Source: a virus. Taken from it: a stretch of DNA of 64,000 nucleotides. The DNA is taken from positions 1-64,000 of IMG/VR virus record IMGVR_UViG_3300021077_000087; one strand, given 5' to 3'. The notes below the pieces were generated by a model. It had not been told where the DNA came from, made no database searches, and saw nothing but the letters and a program-made list of their open reading frames with translations. Numbering within the stretch: position 1 is the first letter of the stretch; each line of letters begins with the position of its first letter. Below, piece by piece: positions 45,121-56,400 of the stretch. The translations under genes and the position numbers were made by a program.

Positions 45121-45576
45121 ATGAGTTCACAAGCGATTAGTGGTGTTGGAACAGAATTTCATCGGTGGAACGGATCACATTGGGATGCCATTGCTGAAAT
45201 CACTGCCATCAAAGGGCCTGGTCCGAAAAGGGAACAAATTGAAGTTACCTCATTGGACTCAATCGGTGGATATAAGGAGTTTATTGCTGGCTTCCGAGAA
45301 GCTGGTAGCATAACTCTTTCAATGAATTTCCGCCGTGATAATTATGATTTGATGTTATTGGATTTCGAGAGTAATGATTTGCAAAATTATGAAATCATTC
45401 TTGGTGATGATCTTATGACGTCATTTGAATTTACAGGGTTGGTCACAGAATTGCCATTGAATATTACTGCAAAAGATGCAGTGACGATGGATGTAACAAT
45501 TCTCATCAGCGGACAAATTATAGTCGATTCTGGAGCAGATTCAGGATTGTCTTCATTCATGTCCGGTGCTTCCTAA
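45121..45576 (+). CDS. Major tail (tube) protein
   Basis: 151 aa, directly upstream of the chaperone pair and the tape measure gene. Confidence 0.55.
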   Translation: MSSQAISGVGTEFHRWNGSHWDAIAEITAIKGPGPKREQIEVTSLDSIGGYKEFIAGFREAGSITLSMNFRRDNYDLMLLDFESNDLQNYEIILGDDLMTSFEFTGLVTELPLNITAKDAVTMDVTILISGQIIVDSGADSGLSSFMSGAS

Positions 45577-45634
45577 AACAAATTATTCCTAATCATGGAT
45601 TTTTTAATTATTTAAACAAAAACAACAGTTAATC

Positions 45635-46060
45635 ATGACAACAAAATTATTGGATCGTAAAAGTCTTCTCAAAAAAGAAGATTTACAAATTGTAAAAGTT
45701 GAATTGGGAAAAGATGAACACGTATTTGTTCGTCAAATGACGGGTCGTGAAAGAGATACATTTGAACAATCTCTTGTAAAAGAAGTAAGAGACAAAGATA
45801 ATCAAGTAGTAAGCTATGATCGGTCAATAAAAGATTTTCGTGCAAAGTTGGCTGTATGTACTCTTTGTAATGAGAAAGGACAAGATTTATTGGAACCAGG
45901 TGATTTTGAATTGCTTTCAGTAAGTATGTCTGCAGCACGTTTGGAAAAGATTTGTGTTGAAGCACAAAAAATAAACAAAATAACTGAGGAAGATAAAGAG
46001 GCACTAACAAAAAACTTAGGGGGCGACAAAGTCGCCAGTTCGCCTTCCGTCTCTGCTTAG
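45635..46060 (+). CDS. Tail assembly chaperone (G-like)
   Basis: Position, plus a slippery site near its 3' end. Confidence 0.7.
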   Translation: MTTKLLDRKSLLKKEDLQIVKVELGKDEHVFVRQMTGRERDTFEQSLVKEVRDKDNQVVSYDRSIKDFRAKLAVCTLCNEKGQDLLEPGDFELLSVSMSAARLEKICVEAQKINKITEEDKEALTKNLGGDKVASSPSVSA

Positions 46061-46443
46061 CACTGGGGTATGCCCATCCCGATCACTTATTGGAGCAGTT
46101 AACATCTGCCCAATTAAGTGAATGGGAAGCATACGATAGACTTGATCCAATTGGATCATGGAGAATTGATCATGGTTTTGCACAAGTGGTTTCAGAAATA
46201 ACAAATATTGTAAATCAATTATATCCAAAAGAAGGAACAAAACCTGTAGTTACAAGTCCAATTGATTATATGCCAATTTGGGATAAAGTTGAACGTCAAA
46301 AACAAATAAAGCAAAGAGAATTAAAAGATACACAAAAACAAACTGCAAGTGAAATTAAAAATTATTTAATGTCCTTTGCAAATGCACATAATCAAAGATT
46401 ATTGAAACAAAATATACCACCAAGAGAAAAACGAATATCATGA
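45635..46443 (+). CDS. Tail assembly chaperone frameshift product (GT-like, -1 shift at 46009-46015)
   Basis: The -1 frame is open from the slippery site through 46443. It reads ...LRGRQSRQFAFRLCLALGYAHPDHLLEQLTSAQLSEWEAY... Confidence 0.6.
46009..46036 (+). promoter_or_regulatory. Programmed -1 ribosomal frameshift signal
   Basis: In-frame heptamer A_AAA_AAC (46009-46015), a 6-nt spacer, then the perfect hairpin GGCGAC-AAA-GTCGCC (46022-46036). Confidence 0.65.
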
Positions 46444-49400
46444 CAGCAGAAGGTTTTTTAGGAGAATTATGGGTATCAATTGGAGTTGATTCATCTGGAT
46501 TAGCTAATGCACAAACTGCAGTACAGAATTTTCAGAGAAATGTACAATCCTCTGTATCTACTACAAATGGTTCTTTGAATTCTCTTTCAAATAATTTGTA
46601 TCGGTTTGGTACTTTTGCTACAATGGCGTTTACATTACCGTTAGCAGCATTGACTACATTATCTACAAAAGCTGCAGTCGATCTTGAACAAATCAAACAA
46701 AAAACTGTTGCCCTCGCCAATGTATCCCAAACTCAAATGGATGCTTGGCGGGGTGCAATTGTTAGTATTGGTATAGCTACTAACCAAACATCTTTAAGTA
46801 TAGCACAGGCTTTGTACTTTGTATCTTCTGCTGGTGTAGATAATGCAAGTGCAATGAGAATCGTTGAAGCAGCGGCAAAGGGTGCTGCAGCTGGATTAGG
46901 AGAAACTGAAACTATTGCAAAACTTTTAACATACACATATAATGCCTATGGGGCAGAATCTTTTAATGTTACAAAAATAATGGATTCCTTGACTGTTGCC
47001 GTAAGAGAAGGTGCAGCAGAGGCAACAGATTTTGCCGGAGTTATGGGTGATTTAGTTCCAATTGGAGCTTTGTTAGGTGTTTCTTTTCAACAATTAGCAG
47101 GATCATTAGCAGCTATGACACAAGTTGGTATGAATGCACATAAATCTGCTACGGCGTTACGGCAGATTATGATACAATTAATTCATCCACATCATGATGC
47201 TGCAGTAGCTATGGATACTGCTGCAAAAAAGATGGGTGATTCATCCATAGCGGCAAGAAATTTGACGAATACAATTAGAAATGAAGGTTTATTGGAAACC
47301 CTTGTAAAATTAAAAGATGCAGGGGATAAAATGGGACCTATGTTTTTACCAACAGTATTTAGCAATGTTCGTGCCTTTACTGGTGTTATGGCTGAAATAG
47401 GACCAAATCTTGAAAAGGTTCGAGCAATTATGAAAAAGACGACAGAAGAAACTGGTGCTTTTGAAAATGCTTTGTCAATAATGACACAAACATCATCTTT
47501 TAAATTAGGTCAATTTAAGAAAGTTGTAGAATTAGCATTTATTGATTTTGGAAACGCTATTTTACCAACGGTAATTGATTGGCTTCAAACATTTGCAAAA
47601 ACAATAGATAATTTAACCAACTGGTTTAAGAGTTTAAGTCCGGCAATGAAATCCTTCGTATTGGATTTAGGAATAGGTCTTGCTGTTATAGGTCCAATAA
47701 CAATTGCAGGTTCTGGTCTTGTCAGGGTATTTGCTTTATTAGGTATGGCTATTCCAGTTTTGACAACTGCTTGGAAAATACTTAATGCTGCATTGATTTT
47801 TACAGGAGAAATAATGTTGGCAAATCCATTCTTGGCTGTTGTAGCTGCTACAGCAGCATTAATTCCCATTATGCATTATTTATTATATCCTATACAAGAA
47901 TTGAATGCACATGAAAAAGTATTAATAGACTTAAATGGGCAAGTTTCAAATAGTATTACAAATGAAAAAGTAGCAATTGAGCAATTAATGCGAGTTGCTA
48001 CAAGTGAGAATGCTTCAAAGGAACAAAAAGAGAAAGCAATAAAAACCATAAATGCGATATCTCCAGCATATTTAGGAAATATATCAGAAGAAACAATAAA
48101 AACTGGGGAAGCAACAAAAGCAATTGATAAATATATTGAAGCTTTATCAGCACGAGCAAAAGTGCAAGCATTAAATACGATGCTTGTAGATTTAGAAAAA
48201 CAAAGGGCGAGTGATTTGATGACTGGAATGGACAGAGAATTATCTTTGTCGGAAAAAGCATGGGCGTATTTTAGGTATCAGAAAATTTCTGAAGGGGATT
48301 ATATGATGAAAGCTACAGAAAATACGATAAAATATAATTCAAGTAAACAAGCGATATTAAAAATATTGGATGCTACTTTGAAAAAGCTGAAAGAAATGGA
48401 TGATTTTGAAAAAGGAAAAGCAGGACCATTGCCAGGATTAGGTGGTGGCGGTGTAGCAGGAACTGGTGAATTACCGGAAGACAATGGTGAATTACCGGAA
48501 GACAATAAAGATTTAGACAAGGCTTTGAAAAAATACAATGAAAGTTTGACAAGTATATTGGTAAAAATGAGTTTGTTTAAAAATGAGGCTCGTCAATTTG
48601 GTTTTGAATTAAAGTTATCTTTTGATTTTGTAACTGAAACATTAAATGCAAAAAGAACATATTTTGATGTATTAACTGAAAAAGGTGAAGGAGCAACTAC
48701 AGTAGTAAAAAATCTTGCAAAAGAAATTCAAGCTTTACAAAAAAGAACTGAGTATCAAGATCAAAAAACAACTCTTATGAGTCCTGTTGGTAATGCCAGT
48801 TTATATGAAAACGACAAAACAAACGGAACAACATCTATTTCTTTAGGATGGGAAATAGCTGGAAAAGAATTAGATCAGTATAGTAACTATTTAGGTACTG
48901 TTGAAATAGGCACTTTAAATTTAGTTGATACAAATAAATTGTTGTTAAGTTCTGCACAATGGCAAAATATGAGTATTGATGCAGCTGATTATGCTGAATA
49001 TCTTAAAGAAATCAATACTATTACAAAGGATTATTATAACTCTTTAGATAGAAACCAAACAAAAGCGGTTGGTAAAGGAGGTTCTGAATATATAAATCCA
49101 TATAAGATGCAAATGGATGATTTGAAAGCTTATCTTGTTATGCAAAAAAAATTACAAGATGCAGCTGTGCAACATGAAGATTGGTGGGGATTTCTGGATG
49201 CCGGAAAAAACATTGATGCAATTACCAAACGAATGGAAAACCTTAATGCTTTTCAGAAATTCAATGATATGTTTCAAAAGATAGGTTCCCAAATGAATTC
49301 TATCATTACTTCTTATACTGATATAGTAAAACAAAAACAACAAGCTGCCTATGACATGATTGATGCAATCGCAAAAAGAGAAGGAAAATCAGCAGAGTGG

Positions 49401-49817
49401 GTAACTAAAAAGAAAGCTGATCTTGATTCTGATTACAACAAAAAGTATCAACAAATGGCGAAAACACAAGCTATCATTAATGGAGCTTTAGCAATTTCAG
49501 CTATTTGGGCACATTTTACAGATCCTGTTTCGGCTGCCATAGAAACGGCTTTTGTTACAGCAGCTACAATAGCATCAGTAGCTACTATTTCTGGACAAAA
49601 AATGGCAATGGGAGGTATTGTTCCAAGTGGTTATTCAAACGACTCTTATCCTGCATTGTTATCTTCCGGTGAAGCAGTTATTCCACCACATAAATTACCA
49701 AATTTATTACCTGTTAATAGGAATCATACTATAAATTTAAAAGGTAAATTAAAAGTAGAAGGTAGGGATTTAGTTTATGTTTTAGATGAAATGGTTGTTC
49801 TTCAAAACGCATATTAA
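46440..49817 (+). CDS. Tail tape measure protein
   Basis: 1125 aa with hydrophobic/helical composition, in the position after the chaperones. Confidence 0.9.
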   Translation: MTAEGFLGELWVSIGVDSSGLANAQTAVQNFQRNVQSSVSTTNGSLNSLSNNLYRFGTFATMAFTLPLAALTTLSTKAAVDLEQIKQKTVALANVSQTQMDAWRGAIVSIGIATNQTSLSIAQALYFVSSAGVDNASAMRIVEAAAKGAAAGLGETETIAKLLTYTYNAYGAESFNVTKIMDSLTVAVREGAAEATDFAGVMGDLVPIGALLGVSFQQLAGSLAAMTQVGMNAHKSATALRQIMIQLIHPHHDAAVAMDTAAKKMGDSSIAARNLTNTIRNEGLLETLVKLKDAGDKMGPMFLPTVFSNVRAFTGVMAEIGPNLEKVRAIMKKTTEETGAFENALSIMTQTSSFKLGQFKKVVELAFIDFGNAILPTVIDWLQTFAKTIDNLTNWFKSLSPAMKSFVLDLGIGLAVIGPITIAGSGLVRVFALLGMAIPVLTTAWKILNAALIFTGEIMLANPFLAVVAATAALIPIMHYLLYPIQELNAHEKVLIDLNGQVSNSITNEKVAIEQLMRVATSENASKEQKEKAIKTINAISPAYLGNISEETIKTGEATKAIDKYIEALSARAKVQALNTMLVDLEKQRASDLMTGMDRELSLSEKAWAYFRYQKISEGDYMMKATENTIKYNSSKQAILKILDATLKKLKEMDDFEKGKAGPLPGLGGGGVAGTGELPEDNGELPEDNKDLDKALKKYNESLTSILVKMSLFKNEARQFGFELKLSFDFVTETLNAKRTYFDVLTEKGEGATTVVKNLAKEIQALQKRTEYQDQKTTLMSPVGNASLYENDKTNGTTSISLGWEIAGKELDQYSNYLGTVEIGTLNLVDTNKLLLSSAQWQNMSIDAADYAEYLKEINTITKDYYNSLDRNQTKAVGKGGSEYINPYKMQMDDLKAYLVMQKKLQDAAVQHEDWWGFLDAGKNIDAITKRMENLNAFQKFNDMFQKIGSQMNSIITSYTDIVKQKQQAAYDMIDAIAKREGKSAEWVTKKKADLDSDYNKKYQQMAKTQAIINGALAISAIWAHFTDPVSAAIETAFVTAATIASVATISGQKMAMGGIVPSGYSNDSYPALLSSGEAVIPPHKLPNLLPVNRNHTINLKGKLKVEGRDLVYVLDEMVVLQNAY
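48465..48506 (+). repeat. Perfect 21-bp tandem duplication inside the tape measure gene
   Basis: ggtgaattaccggaagacaat x2, encoding GELPEDN-GELPEDN. Confidence 0.9.
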
Positions 49818-52349
49818 ATGAGTTACGCAAATTTATATACAATTCCCTTTACTGGTCGGTTAGGAATCGAAGGATATATCTATATTGATCAATTAGATTA
49901 TCAAGGTATTCCTGACCCTACTATGTTAAGAATGGAATTTGATTCTTTACAAATAACCTATTCTTTTGGAGATTGGGGTAATCCGGTAATTCCTTTGCAG
50001 TGTGAATTTAATTTATTAAATGATAAAGAAGATTTTTTTGAATTACTTCCTTTAATTTCGGCTCAGGAAAGACAATTTAAAGTGCGTGTTGTTTTGCAAA
50101 AACCGGAAGTTATTAATTTATTTGATGGCTTTTTAAATAGTGAGGCTATGTCTCAAAAATATTTAAAAAGACAATTCATAAAATTTGTTTCCAGTAATTA
50201 CTTAGCAAAATTAGAAGATAATTATCCAGACAGTATTGATATTTTACAAACGAAAACTTTTATTGATATTATTGATGAAATATTAACTTCCAACGGATCG
50301 TCTTTCAATATACGAATCAATAGTAAACTTCATGCCGAAGGAGATATATTACAAATCGGACAAACTCTTTTTAACAAAAACGGATTTTACACGGAAGTAT
50401 TTTGGGATGATTTAGTAAATAGGAAATATAGTTTGGATATTCTTAAAGATATTTTAACTTCCTTTGATTGTTATATTTATTGGCAAGATGGGTATTGGTA
50501 CATTGAAAGATATGAAGATTTATGGTCGGAAAATGGTACTTATGTAGAGTATGTTACAGGAAGCAAATATTCTCCATCTGATTCAGGAAATGCCATAGCT
50601 TTTACAAAAAGTATAGAACCCGTTCATTTTCATAAGTTCACTAAAAAAGGTTTGTTATTCACAGAACAAACTCAAACAATAGGAACAGATCCTGGTTACA
50701 AAACCATTAAAATTATTTTAGATGACAAACGGTTTTTAAATTTAATTCGAGCACACTTTGATGATGTTTCGTTGGCTACAATCTTTCCACCAGAACCTCC
50801 GTTAAGGACATGGTTAAAATATCAGATACCGGCTCGAATAACATGGAATATTTGGAGTCCTTATTCTACAATTCAAGATACTTTCAGACGATTGATTTAT
50901 CCTGATTTTGGAGAATATATTGATAATTACAAAGGTTTATATACTTCCTTTATAGTTTCCGTGCAAAATACTAAAACCCAACTTAATATCAAATTTAAGT
51001 ATGGCATAGAAAAAAGAACGGATGGTGATTCATGGGATAATTGGTCTTTTAATTTTTATTGGTATTTAAGAGTTGCTAACACTACAGATTATATTTTCAA
51101 AGTAGGTGATACAGAGGATTGGTTGAAACAACCTGGTGCGAATGAAAACGAGCATTTACAAACTATTTCCGTAAGTGGCTCCACATTAGACAAAGATTCT
51201 AATGTAATGGAAGTTTCTGTTTCCATTCCTATTGGTTTAGTTAGCAACTATGTATTAGGTTTGGATGTAGGAACTTTGAATGGAGATATTCCTTTAGTTT
51301 TCTGTTTAGGCACAGAAAACGTTACCAAAGATACTGAAGAAGATCAGGTTTGGGAAGCTTTTATTGGAGATTTTGAAATTACTTCTACCGGAGAAGTTCA
51401 ACCTAATGTTATTGAAGGAAAAGTAAATTCTAATTATCTTAACAAAAAAGACATTTCTTTGATTCTATATGATTGTGATTCGGCTAATTATAAAAATAGT
51501 ATTTTAAGAGGAGATTCTTTGAATATTCGCACTTTACGATGGGGAACAGATGGAGGCGTATCTTTAATCAATTCCAGAGGAGTTTGCTGGGCTATACATC
51601 ATACCCCAACCATAAATGATAGCAAAACCATAGATGGTACTGGTTTTGGAGTTTTTGAAAGTAAAATGACTGGTTTATCTGAAGGAACAACTTATTATGT
51701 TCGAGCCTATGCTATTGATGGGGATGGTGCTGTTTTTTATGGAGAAGAAGAAACTTTTACAACCATAGATATGACTATCGGAAGTGCTTATGAAGGGGGT
51801 AAAATAGCATATATCTACCAACCTGGAGATAATGGTTATGTAGAAGGAGAATTTCATGGTATTATCTGTGCCTTATCCGATGCTAAAACTCCAGATGGAG
51901 ATAGAGATTTTTGGTGTAGTCTTTCTAATGGAATGGGTTACTCATGTGGAGCATGGGATACAGAAATAAACAAAGGTAAGGACAATTCTACAAAAATGGA
52001 TGACCATCCTTGGATAACTCAATTTGCTATTAAAGAATGTATAGGTTGTTCTTATGCTGGTTATACGGATTGGGTTTTGCCGAGTATTGATGAACTTATT
52101 AAATTGAGAGATAGTCGGGGTATTTTAGGTGGTTTTTCTAATGGTTGGTATTGGTCAAGTACGGAATTTTCTAAAGATCAAAATCCCCCTAAAAATGTAT
52201 TAATAGAATTTTGGTTAGCTTTTAAAGTAATATTTGGAAGTTCTGCTTGGAAGTATGCTTGGGGATTAGATTTTAGTTCAGGTAGTAGTGCGGCAGAAAC
52301 TTACAAAAAAAATAATTGGATGAGGATTCGTCCTATAAGATATTTTTAA
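49818..52349 (+). CDS. Tail tip / distal tail protein with an Ig-like domain and a C-terminal DUF1566 (C-type-lectin-like) domain
   Basis: Position after the tape measure gene. GYTDWVLPSIDELIKL and WYWSSTE are DUF1566-type motifs. The Ig-like module is ...TTYYVRAYAIDGDGAVFYGEE. Confidence 0.6.
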   Translation: MSYANLYTIPFTGRLGIEGYIYIDQLDYQGIPDPTMLRMEFDSLQITYSFGDWGNPVIPLQCEFNLLNDKEDFFELLPLISAQERQFKVRVVLQKPEVINLFDGFLNSEAMSQKYLKRQFIKFVSSNYLAKLEDNYPDSIDILQTKTFIDIIDEILTSNGSSFNIRINSKLHAEGDILQIGQTLFNKNGFYTEVFWDDLVNRKYSLDILKDILTSFDCYIYWQDGYWYIERYEDLWSENGTYVEYVTGSKYSPSDSGNAIAFTKSIEPVHFHKFTKKGLLFTEQTQTIGTDPGYKTIKIILDDKRFLNLIRAHFDDVSLATIFPPEPPLRTWLKYQIPARITWNIWSPYSTIQDTFRRLIYPDFGEYIDNYKGLYTSFIVSVQNTKTQLNIKFKYGIEKRTDGDSWDNWSFNFYWYLRVANTTDYIFKVGDTEDWLKQPGANENEHLQTISVSGSTLDKDSNVMEVSVSIPIGLVSNYVLGLDVGTLNGDIPLVFCLGTENVTKDTEEDQVWEAFIGDFEITSTGEVQPNVIEGKVNSNYLNKKDISLILYDCDSANYKNSILRGDSLNIRTLRWGTDGGVSLINSRGVCWAIHHTPTINDSKTIDGTGFGVFESKMTGLSEGTTYYVRAYAIDGDGAVFYGEEETFTTIDMTIGSAYEGGKIAYIYQPGDNGYVEGEFHGIICALSDAKTPDGDRDFWCSLSNGMGYSCGAWDTEINKGKDNSTKMDDHPWITQFAIKECIGCSYAGYTDWVLPSIDELIKLRDSRGILGGFSNGWYWSSTEFSKDQNPPKNVLIEFWLAFKVIFGSSAWKYAWGLDFSSGSSAAETYKKNNWMRIRPIRYF

Positions 52350-52351
52350 CT

Positions 52352-52726
52352 ATGATAACTTTAGTAACAGATGTTATTTCTGAAATTTCTCCTATTTCTG
52401 CTAAATGTGGAGGCAACATTAGCGGGGATTTAGGTGGATATATTCCTATTGTGGATCATTTAATGAAAAATCGGTTTCAATTATATAATCGTAGCAGACA
52501 AAATATCACAGGGGATATTTTTCAAGGTTACCCTGTTAAAGTATTTCAATTATACGAAGATGAGTTACAAATAAGTGATGATAGTGAAGCTATTACAAAA
52601 AAGTTTGTAGCAACTTCAATTCAATACAAACCAGAAAGTGGGATTTCTAAAGTTACTTTAATGGAGTATGATAATACCGTTTCTGTAAATTTAATTGATG
52701 TAACAATTACAGATGATGGAAATTAA
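52352..52726 (+). CDS. Hypothetical tail-associated protein
   Basis: The ORF is 52316..52726. The likely start is at 52352 (MITLVTDV), just after the upstream stop. Confidence 0.4.
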   Translation: MITLVTDVISEISPISAKCGGNISGDLGGYIPIVDHLMKNRFQLYNRSRQNITGDIFQGYPVKVFQLYEDELQISDDSEAITKKFVATSIQYKPESGISKVTLMEYDNTVSVNLIDVTITDDGN

Positions 52727-53438
52727 TGTAGAGATTACCAAAAGGAATAAAGGAGTATTGGAAAAAGCACCTACTTCTCCAATTTACACCTATCGGAATC
52801 CATCAGAAAAAAGCACAAGTTCTGGGATTACGATGGATCAGGTATATGCTGCTCTTTCTAATAGAAAACCTTTACACGGATTTGAACGGATATTAAATAA
52901 TATTTTACTTTTTGATAAAGATACTAAAAATTTTTCAATTTTAGGAGTGGATTTTGGAGTTTGGTTTTCAGGAGTGCAATATTTAAAGAACGATGAAAGC
53001 ATTGCTATAAATATTGAAGCAAATATTCCTTCTATTTGGTTTGTTTATTATGATAATGAACTTATTTTGATGGTGGATTCTTCTTGGGATTGTTTTTCTG
53101 CTATTCCTATATGTATCATTTATTGGGATGGTTCCGATTACGAAATAGAAGATCATCGTCATCCGGTATTTACTGATTTTGATGCTGTTGTTTTAAAAAA
53201 TATTCCTTTAAGAATACCCGTTATCAACAATGATACACCAACCATTATCAATTATCAATCTATATATGCTTCTATATATGGAGAAAATCCAGATGTTCGA
53301 TTAGTGGTTGAACAAGAAGATGGTTCTTTCCATGAAGATGCTCAAAGACCTTATTTTACATATGAAAGTAACAGCTTATTAGATACTGTTTATTTTGATT
53401 GTGGTTATGAAGTTAATGGTTACATTTTAATAAAATAA
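52713..53438 (+). CDS. Hypothetical tail-associated protein
   Basis: 241-aa ORF between tail genes. Confidence 0.45.
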   Translation: MMEINVEITKRNKGVLEKAPTSPIYTYRNPSEKSTSSGITMDQVYAALSNRKPLHGFERILNNILLFDKDTKNFSILGVDFGVWFSGVQYLKNDESIAINIEANIPSIWFVYYDNELILMVDSSWDCFSAIPICIIYWDGSDYEIEDHRHPVFTDFDAVVLKNIPLRIPVINNDTPTIINYQSIYASIYGENPDVRLVVEQEDGSFHEDAQRPYFTYESNSLLDTVYFDCGYEVNGYILIK

Positions 53439-53443
53439 TAGTC

Positions 53444-56400
53444 ATGAAAAAACTAATGTTTTTCTTATTTTGGTTCATCCCTTTATTATCTTTGGGACAA
53501 TTTCCAAAACCGACAGGAGCAATACCCATTCCTAATTTTTCATTTTTTAAAACCCCCTCAGATAGTTCTATAACTATTTATTTGGGAAAAATTGATGGTT
53601 ACAATACACTTTTATCCAAATTTGATACCACAGGGAATAAAGGATATTATACAAATTATAAAGCTACTAAAGCAGGTTCCATAGGAGGTTCTGGAATAAA
53701 AAATTATATTCCTAAATTTACGGGAACTAATTCTATTGGTAAATCACTATTGTACAATAGTGATGCTGGAATTAGTATAGGAGATACTTCACCACCACAT
53801 TATTTGCTCACTTTACAATCTACTGCTGAAACAGAAAAATCAGATACAACAAGAGTTGGACCTGAATTGCTTACTGCATTAGGTTGGGACATAGGTGTTG
53901 GTTATGGTTGGACTGGTAATTATAACGATGGTTTTAATTATATTAATATAGGACAATCCATAAGAGGTTGTGTAAATACAGAATTTCAACCTACTATCGG
54001 TGAAACATATAAAGTATCTTTAACCATAAGTAATTATTCGGGATCAGGATATTGTTTAGTTAATTTAGGTTCTAATATAAGTTCAACACAATTCAAAGGA
54101 AATCAAACTCTTTCAACAACTATTACAGCTTTATCTAATGTATGGTACTTCGCTATAATTCCACAAACAACATTTGTAGGAACAATTGCACAAATATCTA
54201 TAAAACGAGTAGAATCATATGAACCTACTTTTGCTATTAAAGATCATGAAGGAACTCCTAATTTTGAAATTCGTTCTTCAATTGATTCATTACATAATAC
54301 TTTTATAGGAAAAGAAGTCGGAAAACAGAATACTTCAGGTTATAATAATACTGCTATTGGTTATCAAGCATTAAAATATAATAAAACTGGTTTTTGGAAT
54401 ACGGCTGTTGGTTGGCAAGCCTTGTTTAAAGGTTCTTCAAATTCATATGGTAATCTTGCCATAGGTCCTCAAGCATTACTTAATAATAATGCAGCTTTTA
54501 ATCTTGCCATAGGTCCACAAGCAATGCTTAATAATATTAATGGTGTTTCAAATATAGCAATAGGTAGTTTAGCTCTTGGTGGAAATATGTCCGGATATGG
54601 GAATACAGTGGTTGGTTATAGTGCTTTGCTTTACAATGTTATATTTCCATATAATACAGTGTTGGGATATATGGCCGGTAATTACTTAGCAAATGGCATG
54701 GATGCTAATCGAGTATCACAAAAAAGCATATATATTGGAGCGAATACACGAAGCGGTATGGCTTATACATATGATTATGACACTACTCATGATTCTTATG
54801 AAATTGTAATAGGTAATGATGCAATAGGACATGGAAATAATACTGCTACGCTTGGAAATGATTCTATTAAACATACGTATTTGAGGGGAGTTAATTTAGC
54901 ACCAATGACTCTTGTCGTAAGTCCTTTGTCTGGTAACCTTGAAAATGATGGTGATTCTATTTATTATACAAATTCATCCAATATCCGAAAAGCATTAGGA
55001 TCATCTGGTGGAAGTATTGATTTGTCTGCATATAAACAGAAAAATGACTCTATTACAAATCCTGGGTATTTTACAAATTATAAGGCTTTGAGTTACAAAC
55101 AAAAGTCAGATTCAATTGTAAATGCTGGATATGCAACTAACTACAAATTATTATCATATAAACAAAAATCGGATTCAATAATTAATGCAGGATATGCTAC
55201 AAATTATAAATTGCTTTCTTATAAGCAAAAGAATGATTCTATTACAAATCCTGGATATGCATCAAATTATAAGTTAAGTTTTAAGGTCGATAAAGTTGCT
55301 GGACAAGGATTAATACGAACAACTGCAAAAGATTCAATTACTACTGCTGAACAACACAATGATACTATTAGAAATGCTGGGCATGCAACTATTTATGATA
55401 TTAGTTCAAAAGTAGACAATACTGCTTTTGCTGCTACTGAAAGAACAGTAAGAAGGGATTCTACAAATTGGAATACAGCATATACTCATAGAATTACAAC
55501 TTTAACCACAAATGGTTCTTCGGGAAACGCTACATTATCACATGATACTTTAAATGTGCCAAGTTACACAGGAGGAACTTCATTGAATGGAACAGGTTTT
55601 GTAAAGGCGTCTGGTACAAATATAACTTATGATAATTCTACGTATAATTCTGGATCGGGAACCACTAATTATCTTACAAAATTTACTGGAACAAATACTT
55701 TAGGAAATTCGTTGATGTATGATAATGGTACAGGCATAGGGATAGGAACAAATACTCCTTCATATCTATTAACCACTCAATCTACAGTAGCTTTAGAAGA
55801 AGCTGCTGTAGGAACAGAATTATTAACTACTTCTGGTTGGACTACAACAGGTTGGACGGGAACAGATCCTTCGGTAGGCTTTACTCATACTGCAGGAAAT
55901 ACAAATAATCTTTCAAATACATTAACTTCTACAGCTTCTACTGATTATAAATTAGTTACAACTATTACTAATTGCACTACTGGTAATATTCAAGCAAATT
56001 TTGCTGGACAAGGTTTTAGTTTGTATTCTTCAAATGGAACATATTATGAAGGAATTATAAATGCTTATTCTACAAGTACATTTTATATATCTCCTTCAAG
56101 TAATTTTAATGGTACTGTAGTGATGTCTCTTAAGAAATGTAATGGGTCTGGGACTAATCCTGTTTATGTTAATCAGAATCATTCGGGTATTTCTAATTTT
56201 GAGATTCGATCTTCTCCAGCCGTTTACCCTCAAACAACTAATGGTATAGGAAATTGGAATAATGTATATATTGGAAAAAATGCTGGAAAAAATAATGTTC
56301 TTGGATGGGGAAATGTGGCTATCGGAGAAGAAGCTTTAAAATCAAACGATGTTGGTTATCTTAACATAGCTATTGGTCCACAGGCTTCTCAATTAAATAT

